This document shows, piece by piece, positions 38,923 to 51,080 of a stretch of DNA of 64,000 nt. Both the position numbers and the translations under genes were made by a program. The stretch is from the human T2T-CHM13v2.0 reference genome, Homo sapiens: NCBI RefSeq assembly GCF_009914755.1, contig NC_060925.1; one strand, written 5' to 3'. A model generated the notes under the pieces. It did not search any database, was not told the DNA's origin, and was given only the letters and a program-made list of their open reading frames with translations. Each line of letters begins with the position of its first letter. Position 1 is the first letter of the stretch.

Positions 38923-39782
38923 TGGGGGGACAATGTCCACCATTCAGGGAGGTTGCAAGGACAGCCTGAGACAAAGTGCCAAAGGTACTTCCTGCGGTGC
39001 AGAGCAGGGGTGCATGGCCAATGTGCTGCTCCTGGCATTATATGGCCCTGGGCCGTGTCTGCCCAGCTACTCTGAGAAGCTCTTGGCAGGCCAGTGATTT
39101 ATAAATTTCTGTGCCCTCTGCAAGTGGCTGGCATGTCATATAGAGCAAAAGATCAATAAATATCCATGACTCAACGAATAAATGAACAGACCAACTGGGA
39201 AACACTGCTGGAGAGGGTGACGGAGGGCAGAGCGTGTTCTTGGCCCTGCAGGGTCCTAGGTGTCTCATGAGAGAGAGGGGCCTCGCGAAGTGGGGGGACC
39301 GTCATTCCTTTTCTCTTTAAACACTGCTGTTCTGGCATTTGCCTGGTATATCTGCCTCAACAAATGCCTCCCAGGGGTGAGCAGACATTGCTCTCCCCAG
39401 CCTGGCCTCCTTCCAAAGGATCTGTGTGCAACCTATTCAGGTGGTCGGCGCGTCTGTGCCTGGCCCCGTGCTCACACAGGCGGGGCGGGGCGAGGCTGAG
39501 ACATCTGGGCCCCAGCCCTGAGGAAGCCACAGGTCTGACAGTCCTACCTGGAACCGGGCCCTGCTCCTTCCCACTGATTCTAGGCCTTCAGGGGCTCCTT
39601 CTACAGGAAGCCCACCTCCAACCTTGGTGGTCCCCAAACCCCACCATGACTGAGAAAGTGAAACTTGGTCATCAATCATCTCCCAGGGTTCTGATTCTCT
39701 GAAAGAGGAATGAGCCCCTTGGGGTCAGGAAACAGAACGCCTTTTTTCCTCTTAGAAACACAGCCTCCCATCACCACCTTCA

Positions 39783-40133
<351 letters not shown>

Positions 40134-40944
40134 GAACCAGAATCTCTAACTTCCAACTTTGATGAAAGGAAATGAGGTAATGTGCAAATCTCACTAATAT
40201 ACTGCATGCAACAAAATAAACGAACAGACCTGGGAACAAATGCACCTGGTTTTCAGCACTGTCACCTCTACTACTAAGTGGGATGACTGTGGGCAAGCCA
40301 CTCGGACTTTCTGAATTTGCTTCCTGTAAAAAATGAGATAGCTGTTGTCCCACATCCTCACCAGGGTTGTGGGGGATAAAGTGACAGAATGGGCTGTGTT
40401 TTGTAAGCTGGGACAGCTCTGTGAATCTAGCAACAAAGAAATACAGGGAATACAGTGGGTGTTGAGCAGACCCCAGATGAAGAGAATGGGCAAGCCGCAC
40501 GTTACTTTTCAAAATGATTCTGCCTACAGAAAAACAGCCCTCTCTGCAAGAGCTATCCTGCTAACCATCCTGTAATGTGTACAAGTTTCAAGCATCTCCA
40601 AAAATTAGGATTGTAGATCTCCCCATCCCCCAGGTCTGAGGTCACAGGCCCCTGCCTTGCCCCTGCCCGGCACTATCTGAGATGGGGCCTCGTGAGGGAA
40701 TCGCCAGCTTATCCATTAGCTGCATTACTGCTGGCTGCATTACTGTTTTTCTGTGGTCAGTGGTTCTGTGAAAATGGCAATTTTGTGATTAACAGCCAAC
40801 AATTACTCCTCAGCAGCAAGAGCAAAAAACTTTTTTTAAAAATGGGGTAAGGTAAACATCCATCTACATTTTTCTTCAGGTTCTTTCAGAGACTGGTGTT
40901 ACATTTAACAATTTCATTCTTCTTATGTACCATTATTTAACCAC

Positions 40945-41074
40945 TTTTTTTTTTTTTTTTTTTTTTTTTTAAGACACAGGGTCTTACTATGTTGCCCAGG
41001 CTGGCTTCATGTGATCCTCCCACCTCAGCTTCCCAAAGTGCTGGAATTACAGGCATGAGCCACCACCCCCCGCC
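40945..41074 (-). mobile_element. Alu monomer (FLAM-like) with a long T tract
   Basis: Long poly-T followed by an antisense left arm with an internal deletion. Confidence 0.85.
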
Positions 41075-41319
41075 TATTAACCAACGAAATAACAGGCATT
41101 AAATCTCAGTGTCTGCTAATGTGGCAGTTAGTATCCCTTTGGTATTCGGTATTCTGAGTTACCTCTTAGGTCATTACCTTTTGAAATGGTTTGCATTGGC
41201 CACTTGTAGATCTAATTTTATGGCAAATCATTCATGTCCTTTGCTATTTGGGTATTTGATTTTTTATATATTGAGGATCTAGACTAAGGGTAAGTTATAA
41301 TTTAAAAAAAAAATTAAAA

Positions 41320-41609
41320 TTATTATTATTATAATTAGAGACCTAGTCCCCAGGCTGGAGTGCAGTGGCCCGATCATTGCTTACTATGGCCCCAAACTCC
41401 TAGGCTCAAGGGATCCTCCTGCCTCAGCTTCTCAGGTAGCTGGGAATACATGTGCACACCACCATACCCAGCTAATTTTTAAAATTTTTTGTAGAGATTA
41501 GGTCTCACTATGTTGCCCAGGCTGGTCTTGAACTCCTGCCCTCAAGCAATCCTGCCACCTCAGCCCCCAAAAGTGCTAGCATTACAGGTGTGAACCATCG
41601 TGTCTGGCC
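41320..41609 (-). mobile_element. AluJ
   Basis: Antisense dimer; TSD taaaaaaaaaattaaa on both sides. Confidence 0.9.
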
Positions 41610-42307
41610 TAAAAAAAAAATTAAATGAAAACTTGAACCTACAAGTACTTTGTCGCCTTATTTATGAGGCTCTTCACTCTAAGATGTTTTCCTATGAGAT
41701 CAGGAGTGAGTCAATGGTTCTAGGAACTGAAGGTAGTGGATGGTCCACAGTTCTTTGAATGCAACGGCCAGGGTCACCATGGTTCTAGTAAATGCACGGT
41801 GTAATTCTCTGAAATGTGGGGTGGAAGATGGAGTTTTGCTGTTCTCCAATGAAGGAGGACAAAAAACCAAGACCATGTTAGCATTGACTAAGGGGCAGGA
41901 AGCTGAGGAGACGCCTTTATCATTTAAAGCTTCTCAAGCAGCAAAACTAAGTCGTCCTGCAGTGCTTAAATTTGTGCCTTGAATTTTGATAGTTATTGCT
42001 GTTCTTCTTTGATTATGAAGCAAACATGTGCTCATAACAAAAAACTTTAAAAAGGGCAGAAAAGTGTGAAGAAGAAAACGAAAAGCAGCAACCAGTGGTA
42101 TAGGGCAACAAAAGAGTTAAGAGGTTGGGAAAGGCTCAGAAATAACTTGCTCACAAAATCTAAACCAAGGTACCCTCCCCCCAACCACATCTATGAACAT
42201 TACGCTGAATCCCTGCACCAACCCTCCTGCAGCTCAACGGCAGCAGGGGCTGTTTCTCCTGTCTCTGAGACCCAGCACAACGTGAGGCATACAGCAGGTG
42301 TATTAGC

Positions 42308-42423
42308 AGGATCTAGAATACGGGTAAGTTATACTTTTTAAAAAAAAAACTTTAAAATTATTATTATTATAATTAGAGACCTGGTCCCCAGGCTGGAATG
42401 CAGTGGCCCAATCATGATTACTA
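42308..42423 (+). repeat. Local duplicate of 41274-41386 (flank plus Alu 3' end)
   Basis: aggatctaga...ggtaagttata...aaaattattattattataattagagacct...ccccaggctgga.tgcagtggccc occurs at both places. Confidence 0.9.
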
Positions 42424-45400
42424 CGTGTATAATTCAGAGACCTGCTCAAAGCTGACCGTCCAGAGCCAGGCCTTTCCAGACTGCTAGGAATCGGCCTCCC
42501 TCTGTGGTTTCCAACTTTGAGCTGGAGCTCCATTAAGGCGCTCAGCAAAGCGTCTCATGAGTTTTCCCTAACAACACAAAACCAAAACCCCTGAAAACCC
42601 CCATTATTCACTGAGGCCTACAGCATGCCAGGGCTGCAGTGGGTGCATGGGCTAGAAGTCCCCCACGGAAGAAGAGAGAAAAGAACACTGGATTCAGAAG
42701 CTAGAGATCTCCTAGCTGGGAGCCCACGGACAGGCCCCTTTCTCGTTCTGGGACTCAGTTTCCCCATGTGTCCAATGATGGTGTTAGAGGAGATGACCAC
42801 TAAGGCTCTTCTTCCAAGCTGCTCTCCCCAGCTAAGTCTACACACCAAGGGGAGCTAGGTCTGGAAACAGCAGCTCTTCCATGAACAGGACAGCAACCCT
42901 CTTTCCAGGGCACCTGGGTTTTAACTCTTCTCTGTTCATTATAGGCCATTTTGTGATCAAAGATTAAACACTACCGAGAGACCTGTTATCTGAGCCCACA
43001 GATAACAGTGGGTGACATTGGGTTCTAACCGCCCAGGCCTTCCTTCCTCACCAATGCTTATCCACTTTTTGGACTCAAGAAAGCCAACTCAAACCACCCA
43101 TGCAGTTTGGTAACATGCACTTTAAAAAACAACAACAAAAACAACAAATAAAGCTAATTTAAAATTCTTTTCTAAACAGCAAACAGGCCTTAAACAGGGT
43201 GATGAGGCCCATTCCAGCCAGGTGCCTCCTCTAAACCTACAGTCAACTTGAAAAGCCCGAAGTGCTTTCCCAGAGCACTGCCTGAAGTTTGCCGTTCACA
43301 GCCAGGGAGACTTGTGAAGAGGACTGATCCCACAGCTCCATCTCTAAAGAGCAGGGTTTCTTGATGATCCCAGGATGGGTACACAGCCATGGGGCTCAGG
43401 GACTACCCCTGCCTCTGCCCTATCCATGCTCCAACGGGACAGACACATGCCACTGCAACCAGAGATCCTCAGCAATCCCACTCCGTAAGGACACCTGAAA
43501 ACCTCACCACCAGTCCCACCCTAGGAGATGGATATTCCCCCTCTAACCTCCAGGGTGGAGAAGCAGGGTTCAAACAGGGGGCCTCAGAGCGGTGCTTCCA
43601 AGAGAAAGCGCCTTGGAAGCCAGGCTAAGGAATGGAACTTTCTGCTCTGGGCAATGGCGGAGCGGGGGGACATCTACTGCCCCACCTCACCCTGTGCCAG
43701 GCATAGGGACCTTTCATGCTCACTCAACAAATCCCAATACCACCAGAGTACCCCAAATTCCAGGAGCAAGTGGACTTGACGAGTCCCCACATTCCCAGAG
43801 GCCTCTCATCCCACCCTGAGAGAGAAGCATCTCAGAGTAGGCAACAGTGTTGATGCTTTTCCTTCAAGAAGCAATGGTCCAGGGGCATTCCCTGCAAGAT
43901 ACTATCTTCTGGCCTCATTTCAAGAACCCCAGCTATCCTCACTCACAAACTAGCCTGAGACCCCCGCTCCAACCCTCTCTTTAAAATTAGTTCTAGGCAC
44001 AGGAAGCTCCTGGAAAACTGAATAAAAACAAATGCTCAGAGGGAAATGTGGGACTCCTGCCAGGTCGGCCAACCCCTCCTGACTGATTTACAAGGCTGCA
44101 AAATGGTACTTTGTTCTGCAAATCCCCTCCCCTCCTTGCCCCGCCCTAATACTCAGGCCTTGGCGTGCAGCAGCTTGGGGGCCACATGCAGAACCGCATG
44201 TGCAGACGACTTCCTTGACTGAAACTCAACACAGGCTGCGTGGCCCAGGGCCCAAAACACCAGGGGGTGGGAGGTGTGTGCTGAGGGTGGAGCCATGTGC
44301 TCAAAGCTGGGAAATGGAGGTCACTCAAGGGAGCTTGGGGCACTCCTGTGATGACTACATACAGAGGGCAAGTGAGACAGGAAGCCTCCAAGTGACGCCT
44401 GTCTGGTGGCCTGGGGAAGGAGGGAGGGAGGGATGCTGGCACTGGTTTCAGCAAGACAGGGGCTTCTGTGCAAACTATGGAGTAACCCGGGTCCCTCTGG
44501 GGCCAGGTTTCCCAGAGGGAATTTCAGCAGCAACAACAAACTAAAGATATAAATCAGGAATGGAAGCGACCGGGGGAATGTCATCACCCAGATGGAAAGG
44601 CCAAGACAGACAGAACTGGGGTTCAAAGAAGGGAAGGGGACAGGAAGAGGATTCCTGGTTTCATATGCAGACCACAGAACAGAATCAGTTTTGGAGAACA
44701 GGGGCTCTAATTGTGCAGTTTAGAGAAAACAGAGCTGTTGCTACGTGAAGAGGCAGAACCAGCTGACGTTAAAAATAGGTTTGGATGACACACAGGAGTG
44801 ACACAAGATCCCTGCCTTCAAATAGTCAGGGGGCCATCGTGTGGGAGGAGGGATGGATGTGTCTCCCGGCACCAATGGACGGCCCTGGGTCCAACAGTAG
44901 ATGCCCCAAGCTACAAAAAGCTTCTTGGCTGCCTCAGAAGGGGGCGGGCTGTGATAATTTGGGGTCGCTCCCAGCGGAGACATGGCACAAACCATATTAA
45001 AAAAGGACTGCCATAGGACCCACCACCGCCTGGGCCTGGGGATTATTAAGACAAAAGAGTCCTGCACTGAGGGTCCCAGGATCAGGATTCCAGCTCTGGC
45101 GGCAAACCACCTACTGTGTGATCTGATCAGGCCTTCCTGCCCCGGGCCCTGGACTCCACACAAGGCAGCTGATGTCCTGCTGCTCCAGTGACACTGTGGA
45201 TGTCCAAGGAGCTCTTCAGCAAGCGACCTGAAAAGGGCCACGTATAGACAACAAAAGCCTCAACCTGTCAGGGCCAGGCCATCAGACCCAAATGAGGGTG
45301 GTCTTGATACCTGAGCTTATTTTACTAAGTCCCAGCTCATGTCTGCCACCTGGGTATGACCCTGGAATGCAAGAGGGGCTGGAGAAGTGCCTGCCTTTTC

Positions 45401-45610
45401 ATTTTGATCCCATACATCAGCAGGGGTTGGGGGGGGAGGGTAGTATTTATTCCCCAACATCGCTGGGAAGATGTCATTTCTGTTTTCCTGGTAAGGAAAC
45501 TGAGGCACAGAGAGCTGTACTATCTCAAGGTCACGCAGCTAAGTGGCTCTAACATTAGTCCCTCTGTGCCTCCACCTTTTATCTTGGGTTCAAAAAACAA
45601 AACCACAGTC

Positions 45611-45897
<287 letters not shown>

Positions 45898-48359
45898 TCA
45901 CCCCTGTAAGTTCCCAGGAAGAGTTCTGTGTGCTTTGACTCTTATGAAAAGAAATAGCCGGCACTTCATTAAACACATGAGAGAAGCACAATCCATTCCC
46001 GGGTTTGAGACTGTCTATATGTTTTTGTGCTTCCCCAAGTAGGCTGACCTTCTAGCTCTGCTCTTTCTGACAAATACTTCAATGAGTTGGCATTCACCAA
46101 GGGGTGTGTATGTGTGTGTCTGCACACACATGTGTGTCAAGGAATGCAAGATCCCACTGAAGAGTCTGTTGGATCTAACTGGCAAATTACCCTGAGAGGA
46201 GGAGAAACAAGGTGGGGGGTGGGGTGGGGGGCTGTAAAAAGGTTCCTAGTGCTTTTTACACATCAGATGCATCAGCAAACACTCGCTTCTGGGGCCACCC
46301 AGACTGCGCTGTGCTCACCAGAGCAGATGACAGGTTGCAGGTCTGCCCTGCAGGTCAGGAGGATGCAAGGAGTTGTGGTGACAGAGAACTGAGGGACAGG
46401 CAAGGTGCTCTGGGCAGGCGCTGTGAGCGGGGATTAGGGGGATCAGGGAGGCTTTGTGGAAGAGATGGTACTTGAGCTGGGGCCTTAAAGGACGGCAGGA
46501 CTCGAGGATGCAGGAGGTGATACAGGGGTGAGAGATTATGCTGTCATTTTAACCCTCCCTGGGCACAGGGCCTCCTGACAGCCTTTCCTTAGAGAGCAAA
46601 TCCCTCTAGGACGCCACCCGCCCCCTGCACCATCTCCAGGGTAGGGGGTGGGTGTGGGGCTTGTTCGCTTTCCCTCCCCCAGGATAGGGGGGCTCCCCCA
46701 CAGGCGAGGAGCCAGCCACCTAGTCAGAGAAGGCTCACTGTCCCCAGGCGGTCCCTTGTGATCCAGCTCATGGTGTGGCTCATCCAGTCTCTCTCCCTCC
46801 ATCCTTCCAACAATCCACAGTCACTACCAGAACTCAGAGGCTCTGAGGAGTAAAGGCACTTGTCCAAGGTCACATGGCTGGAAATGGGCAGAACCAGAAG
46901 TCAAGCCCAGATCTGCTAAAACCACAGCCCCAGCTCTTGGCCACACCTCAGCTTCTCTGATACAAATTTCAGAATCGACACTTAAAAGTGGTCACCTGGA
47001 AACAGGTCAGGGCCCAGTCCTTCCATTCACCAGGGGCCAAGTCCTCAGGCACCTCACTTTACCTTCTGCACCCCTCATCATTTGCTAAGGAAGGGAGCCC
47101 CCTACCCTCTGTGGGGGGCATAGGGAACTTAAACATGACCCTTAGGTAAGGTGCCCAGCCAGACTCAGCCAAGGTACGGGTTCAGCAACCGGCGGCCCAG
47201 AGCCAGAGACACAGCTCCAGGTAAAGGACCACGTGCTGACGTCCTAAGATTCCCTGACCACAGCAGGCTGGGGATGGGGAGACAAAAAGGGGCTGAAAGC
47301 TGTGGAAAGACTTGGTCTTCTGAGAAGGGGCCTCTCTCTTCTTAGTGGCCACCTTAGGAGGAAGTGAATTCCCTGGGCTGGGAAGTCTGAGGCCACCATA
47401 CTGCCGGGCCCTGCCCATTCATCCCAGGAAGCACCCGGCTTCTTCTGGGGACTGGATCAAAGGTCACTGTTTGGTAAGAGGTGGAGCCCCATGTACTTAA
47501 TAATTAGTACCTGGTGAGGGAGTGGATCCCAGCCAGTGCACCCTCCTCCACAGGCAGATACCTCCCATCTGGGCCCCATGGCACAGGACGCAGGTCCCAG
47601 GCATGTGCATGCAAGACAAGGAAGATTAAGGGCTAGAGGATCCCCCCTAGATGAACACTGCAGAGTGGATCAACAGCTCGGTATTTGTACAACGTTGATT
47701 TTCTTCTTAAAGAGAAATGAGCTTCAGGCCCTAGTTTACACCATTAGCAAAACACACACACACGCACACACACACATTTCCCACTGTCTTAAAGGAGCTA
47801 CTTACAACCACAAACATGTCATAGTAGGCCAGTGACAGCTCCTTAACAAGAACACTGGCAGTTGCTTCTGCAAAGTGGAAAATTCCCTGGCGTGGACCCG
47901 CGCACACGCTCAGTTCCAATGACAACTTAATCCTGCCAGGACCGAGGTGTGCAGAGAACAGAAAACCACCCGCTTCTAGAAACTTTTTTTTTTAAGTTTA
48001 AAATAAATCATTAAAGGCAGGGCCCTCAGAACATCTTTCAAGGATGGGAGCCCACACTCTCCTCAGTGAGCATCAAATTTAGTGGGGACCAAGTCACTTT
48101 CCCTCACCTCCTCTGCTGTGACAGGACAAAATGTACACAGTCTGACAAGTTCACCCGGGTCCCCCAATGCCAGGGAAGGGGCGCATAATTCAAACCCAAC
48201 ACTGCCTCTTCTGTGTAAATGAACAGTCGGGAGCCCTTGAGCTCCTTGGCCAGGAGGGAAGGCAGTGAGCAGTGGACCACCGTGGTCTGCACAGCCACCC
48301 CAGCGCACAGTTGCCACACACGGGTTCGGCGCTGAGCAGATGCCGTCTAAGCCTTTAAA

Positions 48360-48525
48360 GCATGCACTAATTGCGCTAATTTAGCTAACAGTCTCTGTTT
48401 CGTCCCCCACTCTGAGTCAACCAGCGTCCTTTGGTACTGCTGGAGAGATGCAAGCTGTTGGCTTTAGTGTTATTTTGTCAGCCATTAAACGATTCATCAG
48501 AGTCATTAATTGATTTATTACTGCT
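48360..48525. promoter_or_regulatory. Homeodomain/PBX-HOX/AP-1 motif cluster, candidate enhancer
   Basis: CTAATTG at 48367, CTAATTT at 48376, TGAGTCA at 48413, CATTAATTGATTTATTA at 48504-48520. Confidence 0.55.
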
Positions 48526-50570
48526 GCCTGCTCAGAGGGTTTAGCAAATAAAGAATGATGTAGGTCACAAAGCAAAGGAAATTGGACCCAACAACACTAC
48601 GAAGCGCTGGGCACTTATTCGAGTGTCTGCTGCTGTCCATTCAGGCAGCCCTCCACGCCCAGCTGTCAGGCAAGGAATAGCATAGATGGTTCTCCTGCCT
48701 GAAATCCAGGTGCGAGCCCGCATCCTGCTCAGGCACCAGTGCTGCCAATGGGGAACCTTGTCTGGAGCCCCTGGAAGGCTGCTCTCGGGCACCTGCTAGA
48801 TACAGCTGAGAAGGAAGGGAGAGAGGCCCACACTGACCCCCTTACCCACTAGGTGGGTGCTGAGTAGCAATGGCTGGGCCTGCAGCTGGGCCCTCCAGTG
48901 CTCTAGGAAGCCAAGGACAGACCCTTCAGCCAAGACTCTACTCCCCTGGAGGTGACAAGCTCCAGCTAGGCCCTCCCTCTTTCTCCCCTGCACTGCCTAA
49001 GGGAGTGGGAGGAATGCAACAGTTGGTGCATGCCAGGAAATGGCAGTCCTGGGATTCAAACCCAGGTCTACCTGACTTCAACATCCACAATTAATTCCCC
49101 TCTACCGAATTCTTCAGACTGACACAAGAGAGGACTATAGCTTGGCCTTAACGAAAACCCTGACAGAAACTAGCTAGGTAACCAAAAGCAAGGCAACCCC
49201 TTCCCTTCTCAGAGCCCCAGATGCCTCATGTACAAATGACAGGGTGGGTGAGCCCCCAAGCTACAGGAAGGGATGAGAGTCCAGGCCATGTCCTCTACGG
49301 CCCCAGCTGCCCTGGCCACTGTGAAGCCTCATGTCAGTTCCCCCAAGAACACTCCTGTGTTGTGAGCGAGGCCCTGCACAAGCCCTCTGAGGACCCCTGC
49401 TGCCCTTCAAACCCCAGACTCCAGGGCGCAGGTCCAGGAAGGTTTGTCGCACTCAGACCAGACAGCGGTGACCCTCATCCCACCCCAATCCCAGCCCTCA
49501 GGGCTCTGAACAAACGAGAGGGAGTGGTGCCAAAGCAAGGGAATGCTAATGCCTCCAACAGGAGAATTCACCAGGACATGAATTCCGTGTGTGTGTATGT
49601 ACATGTGTCTGTCTCTGGGGCAGGAAGGGTAATATCTCTGGTACCTGATACCCCTAGGAACCAAAAACAGCCATTCTAGATAACTCAGATTCTGGCATCA
49701 CAGTTATCAGCCCCTCCACGAGGCATCACATCCCTACCCTGCCAAGTGGCCTTCTAGAACAGAGCCTGGCATGCTTTCAGAGGAGACTCTTGGAGGATGG
49801 TGACTGGATGGTTTGCTCCAAAAGTAATACAGAGGGGATGAAGAGATGGTTCAGGTACCCACCAAGAACCAACCTGCTTCTGACCAAGACACAGCCCCAG
49901 CCTGCGACCCCAGTCTGTGGCCTGCTAAAGTCTGGTGGGAGCCACAAAGCTAAAGGGCAAGGCGGGGCTGCCACTTCGGAGCTCACTACAGATTATTTGT
50001 TGGGCATCTACCAGGTGCACACAGCAGGGCTTTCTTGTTTGCACCCACCAAGAAGAAGGCCAGAGCACCCAAGAACACACACATTGCTTAGGATCCCGGT
50101 GAGAGATCTGCTAAGGGGGTGGGGCCTGGGAGGATCGGAGGCACGCGGGCTGGTCAGAGGCTTCTGAAGGGACATGGGAGTTCATCCACTGAGAATTCTG
50201 ACCCAAACTCAGCTTCTGAAACAAACACGGGACTTCTCATAGAGGTGGTCCATCCCCTAGTCATGCCACCCATCGATATGGTATTGAAAACACAAAGGAA
50301 GGTCTTTACAAAACATTTATTGGGGTCCCATTCAGAGAAGAATAACCTATTATTACTTACACATATTTAGTACCTAGTACCAGCTTACAAAGGCCTTTCT
50401 TTCACACATATTTCCTTGATGAATACAGCAACCACCCTCTGCACAGGCAGGTTCCTCTCTCTGCAACACTCTTCTCCTCTCTACTCAGGCCTGGGTGATA
50501 CCCTTTCGTCATTTATGTGTTTCTCAGCACAGTGTTTGTCACACCTGACTGTTAATTCCTTATTAAATTA

Positions 50571-51080
<510 letters not shown>

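Noticed and set aside
40890-42060. AT-rich stretch resembling an old L1 fragment
   Set aside because: Too degenerate to assign family or boundaries by eye
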